DNA of 45,138 bases, taken from the IMG/VR virus record IMGVR_UViG_3300000976_000010; one strand, written 5' to 3'. The position numbers and the translations under genes were made by a program. The notes below the pieces were generated by a model. That model saw nothing but the letters and a program-made list of their open reading frames with translations. It did no database searches and was not told the DNA's origin. The DNA is from a virus. This document shows positions 18,366 through 29,060 of this stretch, one piece after another (position 1 is the stretch's first letter; each line of letters opens with the position of its first letter).

Positions 18366-18734
18366 TTACCCCCTATTCCCAATATCATTTTGTCTAGCAT
18401 TATATATGCCGCGTGTGAATCTATTAACCTCGCTGAATACGTCATAACTGCAACCACCGAAAGTGTAACGCGGAAACCAAGTGGAAACCCCTCCTCCTTC
18501 ATCAATATAAAGTTTCAGATCGTCAATCTCTTCATCTGTGTAACTAACATCAAATTTAATTTTTTCATCCTTCCAAGATGGGTTTAATTTGAAATAGTAC
18601 CCACTGCTATAGTTGGATATTAGCCATAATCTGAATTCAAGAGACTGTAGATGACTCATTGTATCTATCCAAATACCATCTTTGTACAAATCAAGCTTAA
18701 AGTTTGGAAAATTGCTCCTTTTGAATTTTTTCAT
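18366..18734 (-). CDS. hypothetical early protein
   Basis: TATATTTG box at 18763-18770. Confidence 0.65.
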   Translation of the reverse strand: MKKFKRSNFPNFKLDLYKDGIWIDTMSHLQSLEFRLWLISNYSSGYYFKLNPSWKDEKIKFDVSYTDEEIDDLKLYIDEGGGVSTWFPRYTFGGCSYDVFSEVNRFTRGIYNARQNDIGNRG

Positions 18735-18862
18735 TTTTAATAGCTTATTTAATAGTTTGGCACAAATATAATACTATTTAACTTAAAAGCCAAGATTTTG
18801 GCACTTTTAACACAGAACAGGTCAACAATAATACGCACTCAATTCAAATTATTACGGTTTTA

Positions 18863-19486
18863 TTATCGTTTGTTTAAACTCTTCTTCAATAAGTTGATAT
18901 AATCGCTGCTTTGTGGAGTTCCGAAATCATTTATAGCCAAAAACCAATCAATTTTATCCTCCTCGACTATCTTCAAATTGTGATCCTCTTGCACCTCAAA
19001 ACACCTAGGAGTGAAATTTGAAATAACGGTTTGATATTCTTTGGGCAGTTCATTAAAAAAGTAATCATCACCGCCAATATTAATCCTAAAATCACCTTCA
19101 AAAAATTTTAAAAGTGTTAACAGACGTTGCTTCCCATCAATCACCTGACGAATATCTCCATCTCCTTGACTGTTTTTTATTCTGACAACAGATATATAAG
19201 GGATGAAAAAACTAGTTAGCACACTTTCAATTAGTCTAGACCTTTGCTGCTTGTTCCAAACATAAGCACGCTGCAAATTAAGACCTAAAGATGGTAAAAA
19301 TACCTCAAAATCCAATAGACCCTTGTTATATAACTGATACAACATTTTAACATTAGGCATCTGACCCTCCATTCTGTACTTCCATATTCCACTGTCATTA
19401 CGCAAATCTCTAACACTCTTAAGCATAGTCCATGTTTTAAGGCGATTATATAAATTTTCTACACTAGAGTATATCGTTATGTCCAA
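18863..19486 (-). CDS. second stand-alone DUF262 protein
   Basis: NLQRAYVWN and IDGKQRL motifs. Confidence 0.85.
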   Translation of the reverse strand: MDITIYSSVENLYNRLKTWTMLKSVRDLRNDSGIWKYRMEGQMPNVKMLYQLYNKGLLDFEVFLPSLGLNLQRAYVWNKQQRSRLIESVLTSFFIPYISVVRIKNSQGDGDIRQVIDGKQRLLTLLKFFEGDFRINIGGDDYFFNELPKEYQTVISNFTPRCFEVQEDHNLKIVEEDKIDWFLAINDFGTPQSSDYINLLKKSLNKR

Positions 19487-19511
19487 TGTATATCTTAAAA
19501 TTTATAATGGG

Positions 19512-19766
19512 TTATTGTTCTGTAAAATAAGCAAGTGCCATCGTTTCAATGTTGTCTACTATCTGCTTAAGTAGGGATAGTCGTTGCCTTTGCTCTTCTG
19601 AGTGGCTGAAAAACCCTCTTAACTTTTCATCAGTAATTTTTCTTGACAAATCAGCACATTTGTATGTGAATTCTTTAGTTGTTGTTTCCTTTGTCAAAAA
19701 AGTTGCTTGAAGTGATAAATCACTTACATCCCTTTGTAAATCTCCTATTGTTGGATGAACTTTCAT
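19512..19766 (-). CDS. hypothetical protein
   Basis: ORF track. Confidence 0.6.
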   Translation of the reverse strand: MKVHPTIGDLQRDVSDLSLQATFLTKETTTKEFTYKCADLSRKITDEKLRGFFSHSEEQRQRLSLLKQIVDNIETMALAYFTEQ

Positions 19767-19954
19767 CGTCTTTATTTTAGTTAATTATTAATAGCTATGG
19801 TGTAAATGTAATACATACTTTTTACCTTTCAAAATTATTTATAGAATGTCTTTTAAATAAAATTTTACATCTGTACCTAAATTCATTAAGTATTACCTGT
19901 ACACTTTAAAATTGTGCATATTAACCTTTCATATTAATTACTTTCAAATCACTT

Positions 19955-20896
19955 TTAGAAGTTGTATTCAAAATAAACGCTCTTGCTCCCCCCGTAACTT
20001 ACAATTTTTGAATCCCACTTATCACCATACTTGATATAATAACTATTAACAACATCAGTCACATCTTTTCTTAGCAGAAATTTAATCATTACAAAGGAAT
20101 GATATAATCGTGCTTGGCGCATTTTTTCGGTAGCCCCCCTTTTTTCTATTTTTTTTGTAGGCCAACCACAAGCTGCATAAGCCATTTCAGACTTTTTTAA
20201 ATCTTTACTAGGATGTGCCTGCATGGCTAATAACCAATAATACCACTGAGGTTGCTTTCCTCTTGTATTGACCAAAGGAAAGTGATGCTTATTACCCTCT
20301 TCATCAATAGCAGTATATTTTTTTAGTTGTTTATTGCTCAATTCAGACCAAGCCTTAAATCTTTCTCTGTATATCCTAGAAGAATAGCCAACACCCCCAC
20401 CTACTAACTTTATGAAGTCACGGATTGATGCTGCCCTATTAACGTAAGATTTGTATTGGACTTTTTCTTTATCGACATTATCATACCCCTTGATACCATT
20501 TTTACCCTTAAATCCAAATAATGCTGTTGGGTCTTTTTTTGCCACTCCATCTAGTCCACCACCCGTTTCAAACCACATTTTTACGGCCACTAATTCGGGA
20601 GGAATTGGAACTTTGCAGCTACGGATGACCCTACCCAAACCATCGTTTCCTATTAGCCAATATTTAAGGAATGCAATATATTCGTCCCGTTTATATGGTT
20701 TATGATTATCCCAAACTCTTGTCATGTCTTGTGCTAAATCACCCGAAACTAAGCCTTTCCCATTTTTATTGGTTAGCCCCTTTCTTTTTTTTATTTCAAG
20801 CACCTCCCCAATCGTTTTAGAGTTTGGTATAGATGAATAGGCTAAAAAGGCATATATTAAATATATACCAATCATTAGTAAACTTATCTTTCTCAT
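19955..20896 (-). CDS. GH73/glucosaminidase-like peptidoglycan hydrolase with N-terminal signal or anchor
   Basis: WFETGGG, ALFGFKG, YKSYVNRAASIRDF; hydrophobic N-terminus. Confidence 0.6.
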   Translation of the reverse strand: MRKISLLMIGIYLIYAFLAYSSIPNSKTIGEVLEIKKRKGLTNKNGKGLVSGDLAQDMTRVWDNHKPYKRDEYIAFLKYWLIGNDGLGRVIRSCKVPIPPELVAVKMWFETGGGLDGVAKKDPTALFGFKGKNGIKGYDNVDKEKVQYKSYVNRAASIRDFIKLVGGGVGYSSRIYRERFKAWSELSNKQLKKYTAIDEEGNKHHFPLVNTRGKQPQWYYWLLAMQAHPSKDLKKSEMAYAACGWPTKKIEKRGATEKMRQARLYHSFVMIKFLLRKDVTDVVNSYYIKYGDKWDSKIVSYGGSKSVYFEYNF

Positions 20897-20992
20897 TGGA
20901 ATACTTTTGTCTTACTTAATGCTGTCTGTCAAAACATGTCTATATTAGATACGGACAAACCTCCAATTTTGATACAAAAATATATAGATTTT

Positions 20993-21400
20993 TTATGAAA
21001 AAGTATATTGAAACCCTATAACCCCTCCAAATAATGCTGAATCTTCACTTGTTTCTATGTCAATATCAACCACGGCCATGTCTCTGCTAGACCCTTTCAT
21101 GAATTTAACATCAATTCTAAACCTGTAATCGTTTGATTTATCACAATACTGCTTTATTTCTCGTGTCAATGTTTCTGAAACAGTTTGTTCTGAAACATTT
21201 TGTCTCCATATCATTTTACGAGCTTCACTTCCAAAATCAGATCCGAATACATCCCCCTTCTCTGTGTCAAAAAGGTATTGAATTTCTTGAATAAAAAGGT
21301 GGTATCCTTGTTTTATATTGATACCGTTATTAAAACCATATTCATCGGGGGCGTAAATATTGAAATCCATTTCCCCGATTTTTTGATTAAAATTGCTCAT
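20993..21400 (-). CDS. baseplate wedge protein, T4 gp25-like
   Basis: IQYLFDTEKGDVFGSDFGS; GTACATA 21411-21417. Confidence 0.8.
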   Translation of the reverse strand: MSNFNQKIGEMDFNIYAPDEYGFNNGINIKQGYHLFIQEIQYLFDTEKGDVFGSDFGSEARKMIWRQNVSEQTVSETLTREIKQYCDKSNDYRFRIDVKFMKGSSRDMAVVDIDIETSEDSALFGGVIGFQYTFS

Positions 21401-21500
21401 GTTTTATTTTTATGTACCAAGAAAAATAACGAAGAGCCTTTTTACACGTTTTACTTAAAAGCCCTTAAAATAACCTTCATTTTAATAAATACAATCAAAT

Positions 21501-21977
21501 ATGAGATTCGAGAACCAAGAAGACCTAAATAGAGAAGAAAGGGCTGTTCAGCTATTTGTCAAAGCCATGACCAAAATTGATAAAAGGTATAAAGATGTTA
21601 CTGTTATAAAGTTGGGGGATACTGAACTCGACTTTTTAATTGATTTTAATGGTCAGAAAGAAGAGGGGAATATCAATGTTCGTGTTAAGTCGCATACTGT
21701 AGAAATTAAGGGAGTTAGGGGGCTTAGTTTAGATGATAATCATACACCCATAGTTAGTATGCTAAAAGGAGGAAAAATGGTTAAATCAGTCAATTCTAAT
21801 AGATTTGGTGAGTCGCATATTGTTTTCGCATATACCGATGGCATAAAGTTTCAGGAGCTAAGAAACCTTAAGGGCTATTTTCAATGGGGCGGTAGAAAAA
21901 GCAGAATTGGAGCAGCTAATGACCAAGAATTAATACTTAAATTTTCTTCTACGGACTTCCATTCAGCAAAATATTAG
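21501..21977 (+). CDS. PD-(D/E)XK-like nuclease
   Basis: REE...LDFLID...VEIKG. Confidence 0.55.
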   Translation: MRFENQEDLNREERAVQLFVKAMTKIDKRYKDVTVIKLGDTELDFLIDFNGQKEEGNINVRVKSHTVEIKGVRGLSLDDNHTPIVSMLKGGKMVKSVNSNRFGESHIVFAYTDGIKFQELRNLKGYFQWGGRKSRIGAANDQELILKFSSTDFHSAKY

Positions 21978-22031
21978 ATGTGGTGCTATGGTACATAAAA
22001 TAAAATCAATAACAGTTTATTTAAAGGAGCG

Positions 22032-22487
22032 ATGGGTTATAATTTAGATTCCATAGAATTAATAAAGTTATCTTTGAAAGAAGACGTGGCTACCCTCAAT
22101 AATGCACATAGTATTAATATGGATGTTATTGAAAGGTTTGTAGTATCGCTTATTGGTTGTTTGGACAATATTGAACAAGATATTATAAACGTAACGCCCA
22201 CCACACAACCATTAAAGCGGTATGTTTATACATTGGATATTTCGCTAGTTGATGGTGTAACATCGACACTAAGCGATGGCACTACCGTAACAAAAACGGG
22301 CTTGGTATTCACAATTGTTCATTTCACCGATTTGACTAATGTGTTGCACCCAACCATAATGGATGAAAATGGTGGACTGATTACAAGTGACATTAACATT
22401 TCTGTAAACCTAACCAATCCTAATGTAATAACAATCACGCTGCCTGTTACACTCCCTTCTAATATTAAATTGGTATTCATTAACTAA
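22032..22487 (+). CDS. putative virion structural protein
   Basis: GTACATA 21991-21997; Thr/Val-rich beta C-terminus. Confidence 0.55.
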   Translation: MGYNLDSIELIKLSLKEDVATLNNAHSINMDVIERFVVSLIGCLDNIEQDIINVTPTTQPLKRYVYTLDISLVDGVTSTLSDGTTVTKTGLVFTIVHFTDLTNVLHPTIMDENGGLITSDINISVNLTNPNVITITLPVTLPSNIKLVFIN

Positions 22488-22492
22488 ATTTC

Positions 22493-23962
22493 ATGAGAAA
22501 TACACCATTACTTTCAAATCTTAGAACAAAGGGGGGAACGCTGCATACCCTTGCAACCACCACCAATGACTTTGCTTACCTGTTTTCCAACAGCACGGTT
22601 AATATTGTACCATCACACTTCGCCTTGGTTAAGCTCCCAACATGGGAAGATACCACAGACCAATCAATGTACTTTGATGGCACTTTTTTTACTCCTGCTG
22701 TAACAGACCCAAATCTTGTATTCCCAAAAGTCATTCAGAACTACACGGAGAATATGTTGTCCAATAGCGATTTTGAAAGAAATGATAATTCTCTAGGGAC
22801 ATACTCGGAACAGGCCATTTTTAAAACACTCCGCCTTTTGGGTGCTATGGATTTTATTGCAGATGGCAGCACTATTATAGATGGTAATAGTTATACTTTA
22901 TATAAAGAAAATACTTCCGCCCCCAATTACGAACAAGTGGTTAAGTATGTTGGACAGACCAATCTAATCAATCATAGAAAGGATGATGACGGAAATGAGT
23001 TTGTCTCTATTCATCTACACGTCCCAACAGAGGATGGACTTATGACGGACATACAGTTTACACCAAAACCACATATTACCCACAATAGCGGCCTTATTCC
23101 ACAAGGGGGAGGGGGAACATATTCTAATGGCCTAGACCCATTTGCGACAACCAATCAAGTAGAGGCCATATACGACACAGGAGGGAATGAATATGAAGTA
23201 GGCAACGACTTAACAGATATTGGAATAGATTTTGAAAATGTTCTTAATGATGTTAATAACCACAAGCAAGGAGATTTTGAATTCAACGCGATTATATTAT
23301 ACTACACGGCCACAGATAGTTCAGGGAATAATACAGATAGAATAAACGCTTGGGGGATACATTTATTGGAGGATTTTGATACTGCTATAGGTGGGGTATC
23401 CTCGATACCGACTATAACAAAATACCAACCCGACAATTTACAATCAGGGAATTCATTTAACTTTAAAATGAATATCGCGTTCTCGGCAGGTACGTTCAAT
23501 ATATCAGCAACAACAACAGATGATTTTGCGTATAACCAATTCCTTGACTTATTAGATGTGGTTAACAAGACCAATAGAGAAGTTGCAAAGGTTCGTAAAG
23601 AGTGGGCAGATATGCAGAAAACTATATTAAATTTCAGTGCAGCCATTGGGAATTATCAAAGAATACAGGATTCGATAGAGCAGATAGAACAAAATAGCAC
23701 TGATATAAATTCGTTGAAATCGTGGCAAAGTGGGGGGAACGGTCAACGAATAACCAACGAGGAACTATTTGCATTATGGCAGCAAGTTAACAACAGCATT
23801 AGCAATGCTACGGGGGCGGTTAGTATATACCCTATATTAAGCTCAAGGACATTCCTTCCGAATGTTATAGACCCCTCTAATATGATTGTAGAGTATAATG
23901 GGACGTACTACCAATGGGATGTATCGCAAAATGGATGGAATGTGGTACAATTACCGTTGTGA
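22493..23962 (+). CDS. putative virion structural protein with C-terminal coiled coil
   Basis: Directly follows the previous late gene; G/T/N-rich. Confidence 0.6.
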   Translation: MRNTPLLSNLRTKGGTLHTLATTTNDFAYLFSNSTVNIVPSHFALVKLPTWEDTTDQSMYFDGTFFTPAVTDPNLVFPKVIQNYTENMLSNSDFERNDNSLGTYSEQAIFKTLRLLGAMDFIADGSTIIDGNSYTLYKENTSAPNYEQVVKYVGQTNLINHRKDDDGNEFVSIHLHVPTEDGLMTDIQFTPKPHITHNSGLIPQGGGGTYSNGLDPFATTNQVEAIYDTGGNEYEVGNDLTDIGIDFENVLNDVNNHKQGDFEFNAIILYYTATDSSGNNTDRINAWGIHLLEDFDTAIGGVSSIPTITKYQPDNLQSGNSFNFKMNIAFSAGTFNISATTTDDFAYNQFLDLLDVVNKTNREVAKVRKEWADMQKTILNFSAAIGNYQRIQDSIEQIEQNSTDINSLKSWQSGGNGQRITNEELFALWQQVNNSISNATGAVSIYPILSSRTFLPNVIDPSNMIVEYNGTYYQWDVSQNGWNVVQLPL

Positions 23963-24097
23963 TTTTACTAAGGATGGGTTGCTTAATCCATTATATTTTA
24001 ATATTGTATCAAAATCAAGTGTTTGTCTTTAGCTTTGATTTGGTTTTGGGAAGCCCTAATACTTGGTGCGTTTATTTTTTTTGAGTATTTATATAAT

Positions 24098-24127
24098 AAA
24101 ATGACCGAGTTTAGAGTCGGTCATTTT
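24098..24127. terminator. bidirectional terminator
   Basis: AAAATGACCGA-N8-TCGGTCATTTT between convergent genes. Confidence 0.75.
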
Positions 24128-24177
24128 GTATCACCTTTCATGTCTTGTAGAAAGTCAATCAATTTCATTAGAGGAGA

Positions 24178-24837
24178 TTAATAATCTACAAGTCCAACAA
24201 AATACCTGCCGTCTCCCGTTTTTTGAATACTATCATACCCAAACATTAAATCAGCAGCTTGAAGGAGATTGTTTCTAACCCAACTATCATCTTTAAGCAA
24301 TCTGCTCTCATAATTACCTCTTGACAATACCCCTTTTATGTTTGCATACAAATCCCTTTCATTACCCACAAATGCATCTTTTATGTTACTTGCCGTAACC
24401 AAAACATCTTTTACTGAAATGTCTTGGGGAAATTCTATATTAAAAAAGTAGGCAGGATTTCCTAAATACTTTGACAATTCCCTCTCTGCGCCTGATTGAA
24501 GACCTTCAATAAAGCGTAATACAATGCGTCTTGTTTTTGTATCTGTTAAAATGAAATGTCTGTGTAATTTATGGGGGTTATCATTTTCAAAAAATTCAAA
24601 ATAAATACCTTCAAAAGATTCTTTCTTGATGTCGTACAACTTGTATATGTTGAAATATAAAGCAACAATCATTTTTTGACGCTCTTCATCCAAGTCTCCA
24701 TAGTACTTCAACACATTGATATGAATATTAAATTCGTCTTTTAAGTATTTGATTGCTTTAGATTGAGGGCTTTCAAATATATTATGCCCACTTCTTTTAT
24801 AACGCAATCTTTTATTATTTTCGTTAAACTTAATCAT
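24178..24837 (-). CDS. late hypothetical protein
   Basis: Start moved to ATG 24837 (MIKFNEN...IFES), downstream of GTACATA 24870-24876. Confidence 0.65.
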   Translation of the reverse strand: MIKFNENNKRLRYKRSGHNIFESPQSKAIKYLKDEFNIHINVLKYYGDLDEERQKMIVALYFNIYKLYDIKKESFEGIYFEFFENDNPHKLHRHFILTDTKTRRIVLRFIEGLQSGAERELSKYLGNPAYFFNIEFPQDISVKDVLVTASNIKDAFVGNERDLYANIKGVLSRGNYESRLLKDDSWVRNNLLQAADLMFGYDSIQKTGDGRYFVGLVDY

Positions 24838-24963
24838 GCTAATTTTTATTTTAAAAAAAAATGTCGTTGTATGTACTACATTGCTCGTGTCAAAGGAGGT
24901 TTTGCCTTGACTTCCCCGTTTGCTACTCATCTTGTATTTTAATGCCTAAATTGTCTGTTCATT

Positions 24964-25518
24964 TTATCGTTCGATGAACTTTACCTTTCCTAAAGTGAGA
25001 GCCTTGGCATAATCATACCCACCCTCATCTTCTAGTATATCTGAAATCTCTGCATTATTTTTAATTGATTCTTTGATCTGTTTTTGGGTAACTCCTTTTG
25101 GTGATAGTGAAAGTTTCTCTGCAACTTCTTTGCGAATTTCCTCCATCAATCTTAGCTTAGTAGCATAAGACATAAAAAATACCTTAAATAGTTTAGGTAA
25201 ACCGTTTAAACTAGTTTGATTTTGGGTTGCCTCTTTAATTCTTATGTATAATCCTTTTAAATTATCATAATCTGATTCCGTTTTGACCTCCACTTCTTTA
25301 ATAGCACTTAAGTACTTTTTCAATTTTCTATTATAAATGAAAGTGGGAATATAAAAGGCTATTGATTGAACTGTTAGCAATAATAAAAGCGCAAGGAGTA
25401 GAATGGGAACTAATAAAATTGTAACAGCATTTTGTGCCATTTTAAAACACAAATCACTAATTTCTTTGATTGCGTTTAAAGCACCTGCGTTAGTTTCTTC
25501 TTTAATGGTAAAATCCAT
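24964..25518 (-). CDS. single-TM membrane protein
   Basis: Long hydrophobic segment; GTACATA 25554-25560. Confidence 0.65.
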   Translation of the reverse strand: MDFTIKEETNAGALNAIKEISDLCFKMAQNAVTILLVPILLLALLLLLTVQSIAFYIPTFIYNRKLKKYLSAIKEVEVKTESDYDNLKGLYIRIKEATQNQTSLNGLPKLFKVFFMSYATKLRLMEEIRKEVAEKLSLSPKGVTQKQIKESIKNNAEISDILEDEGGYDYAKALTLGKVKFIER

Positions 25519-25563
25519 ATTATGTTATTTTATTATGTATTTTGTTTAAACCTTATGTACCTC

Positions 25564-25749
25564 TCATCCATTAATGAACAAATACGCTTTCAATTGATTA
25601 CCTAAAGTATTTAGCAAAACGATAACGATTATTAGCACAATAGCATATTTAAAGGATTCTTTAGCAGACTTTAAAAGTGCTGCTCTCTTAGCGGATTTAT
25701 AGCGCGAATAAAAACCTTCCGATTCATCATTCAAATAATTTTTACTCAC
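25564..25749 (-). CDS. small membrane protein
   Basis: AIVLIIVIVLL segment. Confidence 0.55.
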   Translation of the reverse strand: MSKNYLNDESEGFYSRYKSAKRAALLKSAKESFKYAIVLIIVIVLLNTLGNQLKAYLFING

Positions 25750-25920
25750 TTCGTTTAATAAATGCTCTGATATTAAAACAAAACATAATTAGATAGCATA
25801 AACTAAAGAGGAATCCAATGGCTGCAATATACATTGTTTAAGTTGTTAAGTTGTTAAATAAATAATATGTTACGCAATATAACTCTATTAGACCTAATAA
25901 GCAATTTTGCGGAACATTTT

Positions 25921-26573
25921 TTAAATAAAAGTTGATTTAATGATTTCTTCGCAGAGTTGTTGGGGTATCTTGCTTCTTTTATAAGAGTTCTTTTTGCCTT
26001 GAGTTCCCGTTTTTGCTCCGCGCCTAGCACTTTCATGGTGACAATGCCTGTTTATTATATTACCTTCCTTGTCGTACTTAAAATTTTTGCACTGCTTTCT
26101 AGGAATCCACGAATCCGAGTTAGTCCAAATATCCGTGGGCTTTGCTCTGTCGTCTCCATACCTACAATACCAAACCGTGTGTCGTTTTATATCTTTCATC
26201 CAAGGCATGTGTCTCATCAATCCTCTAGGATTTTCAATAAAAAAACCAAATTTGGGTTCATTATCATCCAACTCCTTATTAATTGCATACAGTGCATATT
26301 AACGGAATCACATTTTTTAGCGTATTCAGATTTCGCCTCTTTTAACTTAGTTCTATGAGTTCTGCACCCTGCAATGCTATAAGTAGTACAGTCAGGACTT
26401 GACCAAATAATATCAGGAACAAATGGGACATCTTCTGTTTTTAAATCACCTATGACAATTACTAAATCAATATTTTCGTATGCAGTCCAATCAACACTAA
26501 ATACCTCTAGTCCCTGATTATACGCCTCTTTACCAACACTCCTTGATCCTGCGTGTAATTCTAATAATTTCAT
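25921..26573 (-). CDS. C5-cytosine DNA methyltransferase split by a -1 frameshift at a T7 run
   Basis: LELHAGSRSVG (motif I) and SPDC (IV) in 26573-26217; IENPRG (VI) and YCRYG...KPTDIW in 26271-25921; join at 26238-26245. Confidence 0.8.
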
Positions 26574-26587
26574 GTATATGTTTTTAA

Positions 26588-27043
26588 TTAAATTAATTTC
26601 TTGTATAACTTGTATTCTTTCTCACACCATTTCAAGAAGTTTTTATCGACATTACACTTCAAAATGTCATTATATAGTTCATTTTTTCCTATACACCGCA
26701 TTCCAAACTTAAGTGCTTCATGATTAATAACACGCTCCTTTATTTTAGGTTGGAAGGATAACCAATTAATGTGATACCTATTCTTCTTATTAGTCACAAA
26801 CCTGTCTCTATACTTATCTAGTAAGTACGCTCTGTTACCATCCCAAGAAAGACCTATGGGAACACTCTGAGACTTCATTATTATATCGGATACTAGACTT
26901 AAGGCATTGGGTTTGCTTATGCAAATAGACATTATGTAATTAAACATTTTTGCTTTGTCAATGTCAGGAATTTCTTCCCATTGTAAGGTTCTACACTTTA
27001 ATAGGTAAGCATCAACAAATTCCATTGGACTTATTTCAGACAT
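26588..27043 (-). CDS. hypothetical protein
   Basis: ORF track. Confidence 0.65.
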   Translation of the reverse strand: MSEISPMEFVDAYLLKCRTLQWEEIPDIDKAKMFNYIMSICISKPNALSLVSDIIMKSQSVPIGLSWDGNRAYLLDKYRDRFVTNKKNRYHINWLSFQPKIKERVINHEALKFGMRCIGKNELYNDILKCNVDKNFLKWCEKEYKLYKKLI

Positions 27044-27059
27044 ATCTTATATTGATTTA

Positions 27060-27653
27060 TTATATATTATAATTCTTAACAGGAAACGACCAACCAAGAG
27101 AGGGATGTTGATTGAATCCCACACACTTAAACTTGCCGTTTTTTGGATTTTTAATCACACACCAATGGTAAATATTTTTATGTTTGAAAATATGACTCTT
27201 CATTTCATTGAAAGGGGTGCTTGAATTTCTTTCCACAACTTCCCAATGTCCATATTTCAAAACTTTTCCGTCCTCACCATTTTCGCATTTAGGTAGCCAA
27301 TCTTTTAAAGGAAAGGGTTTGCAAAAATCTCTCCAAGAGTCGTAGTCGTAAATCAATACAGGGTGAACCAAAATTCTATGCCCACACTCGTCAAACCCTC
27401 TAGTTAATGTTAATGGTGTGGTATAATTAAGGTTCATGAATGAGTAACCCCTTTGTTTGGCAAATAGCTCAACGTTGCTAGAGTAGGTGGCAAAAATGTT
27501 GGTTGGTCTATATTTCTTAAAGTAGGCTATACACGCATCATGCCAATCCTTGATAGGTCTATCCGATTTAAAAATAAATTCTCCCTCTCTAACCTTTAGT
27601 TTTACTCCGTTATATACATCCTCTTTGAGTAGTATATCAAAAATATAATCCAT
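27060..27653 (-). CDS. hypothetical protein
   Basis: ORF track. Confidence 0.65.
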   Translation of the reverse strand: MDYIFDILLKEDVYNGVKLKVREGEFIFKSDRPIKDWHDACIAYFKKYRPTNIFATYSSNVELFAKQRGYSFMNLNYTTPLTLTRGFDECGHRILVHPVLIYDYDSWRDFCKPFPLKDWLPKCENGEDGKVLKYGHWEVVERNSSTPFNEMKSHIFKHKNIYHWCVIKNPKNGKFKCVGFNQHPSLGWSFPVKNYNI

Positions 27654-27687
27654 GCGCTATTATTGAAATTTTGTTAAATAAAAATGT

Positions 27688-28038
27688 TTATTCTTCTGAA
27701 CGGTTTCTAGGTCTATAAACTTTATTTGACTTATGAAAATTATTAAGCATTGGGATATATTCATTTGGTAGCTTCCACATTGTCAACAATTTCCAATCTG
27801 TAGTATTGTTCGCTACAAAAATATATACAAACTCACCATATATTTTAATACTAGGCTTAGATTCTTCCGCGTTATAAAGTTCATCCAAATACCTACTAAG
27901 TGTTCCCTTCGTTTGGTGTCTACATAGGCCAAGGTCGAAAACTTTCTTTACCATCTTTCTAAGAACTTTTTTATTCCACCCCAACCTTTCCTTACCGCGC
28001 CTATAGGCGTGTTCGGTTATTTCAATTAAATAGTCCAT
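27688..28038 (-). CDS. hypothetical protein, possible RelE/BECR-fold RNase
   Basis: ITEHAYRRGKER N-terminus and LLTMW C-terminal strand. Confidence 0.4.
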   Translation of the reverse strand: MDYLIEITEHAYRRGKERLGWNKKVLRKMVKKVFDLGLCRHQTKGTLSRYLDELYNAEESKPSIKIYGEFVYIFVANNTTDWKLLTMWKLPNEYIPMLNNFHKSNKVYRPRNRSEE

Positions 28039-28166
28039 TCTAGTTTTAGTTTTAAATTTTTATGTGCTTAAATCTTCATAATAATACAAATAATTTGTTA
28101 TTAAACCAAAAAAAAAGACAAACAAAAATAAATTTGCTTGTCTTTTACATAAAAATATATTGTAAC

Positions 28167-29060
28167 CTAAACCAAATCGACCTCTACTAAATATCGCCTA
28201 TTACCATCCGTGCGTTTTGGAATAGATCCAAAAACATGCTCACAGGCACTTTGTAAATTCTCGTCTACCCAATTTTTCCAATTGATAACTTTAGAATAAA
28301 ACTCCCCATTAAAAAACAGATTGGAATCTGCTATATTTTCAAAAAAATAATAAAGTGCATGATCCTTCAAAAATTTAGCTCTATATAAATCCTTAATTTT
28401 AGAAAGATTCATCTTTTCTCCATACTTTTCTAACAAAATTTCATAGTCCTCGTTGTAGTATGTCTTCATGAAAAGGGTACTATCCGTATCCCAAATTTTA
28501 TTAAATTCATTATCGGCCTCCTCATTTTTAATAGCATTCAATTTTTCCCTATCCAAGAAGCCGTTTTCATATTCATCCAATCCATACATTTTAACCAAAT
28601 CCCTAAGCATAGAAAAGTCATCATTCGTCAGTTCTGTTTGAATTATTTCTTTGAGTTGTTTATCATTACATATCAAAACGCTATAATCCCAATTAGGAGA
28701 AGTGTAATAAAATTTTTCGCTGACAGAAATATCATTGGGTATGAATACTAAATATTCAGTTTTATTGGCGAACTGCTCTAAATTATTAGATGATCCGTAA
28801 ACGTCTGTTTCAATAAATAGCTCGTCAACAAATTCTTCTAGTGTAGTGTTTATTTGAAAATAGAACTTAACCTCCATATCTTCAACATAGCCTTCCAATA
28901 AGTAAGAAGTTTTTGGAGGTTTATTTATTACCACTGAGTTTTGATAGTTGGATGTTGCTATGATTTTTCCACGATCATTTTCGATCAATTTATTATATTC
29001 AGTTATTTTTAAACTATCAAAGGAAAGATATTCCTTTATTTTTTCTATGTTCCCTTCCAT
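28167..29060 (-). CDS. late hypothetical protein
   Basis: Start moved to ATG 29060, downstream of GTACATA 29086-29092. Confidence 0.65.
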   Translation of the reverse strand: MEGNIEKIKEYLSFDSLKITEYNKLIENDRGKIIATSNYQNSVVINKPPKTSYLLEGYVEDMEVKFYFQINTTLEEFVDELFIETDVYGSSNNLEQFANKTEYLVFIPNDISVSEKFYYTSPNWDYSVLICNDKQLKEIIQTELTNDDFSMLRDLVKMYGLDEYENGFLDREKLNAIKNEEADNEFNKIWDTDSTLFMKTYYNEDYEILLEKYGEKMNLSKIKDLYRAKFLKDHALYYFFENIADSNLFFNGEFYSKVINWKNWVDENLQSACEHVFGSIPKRTDGNRRYLVEVDLV

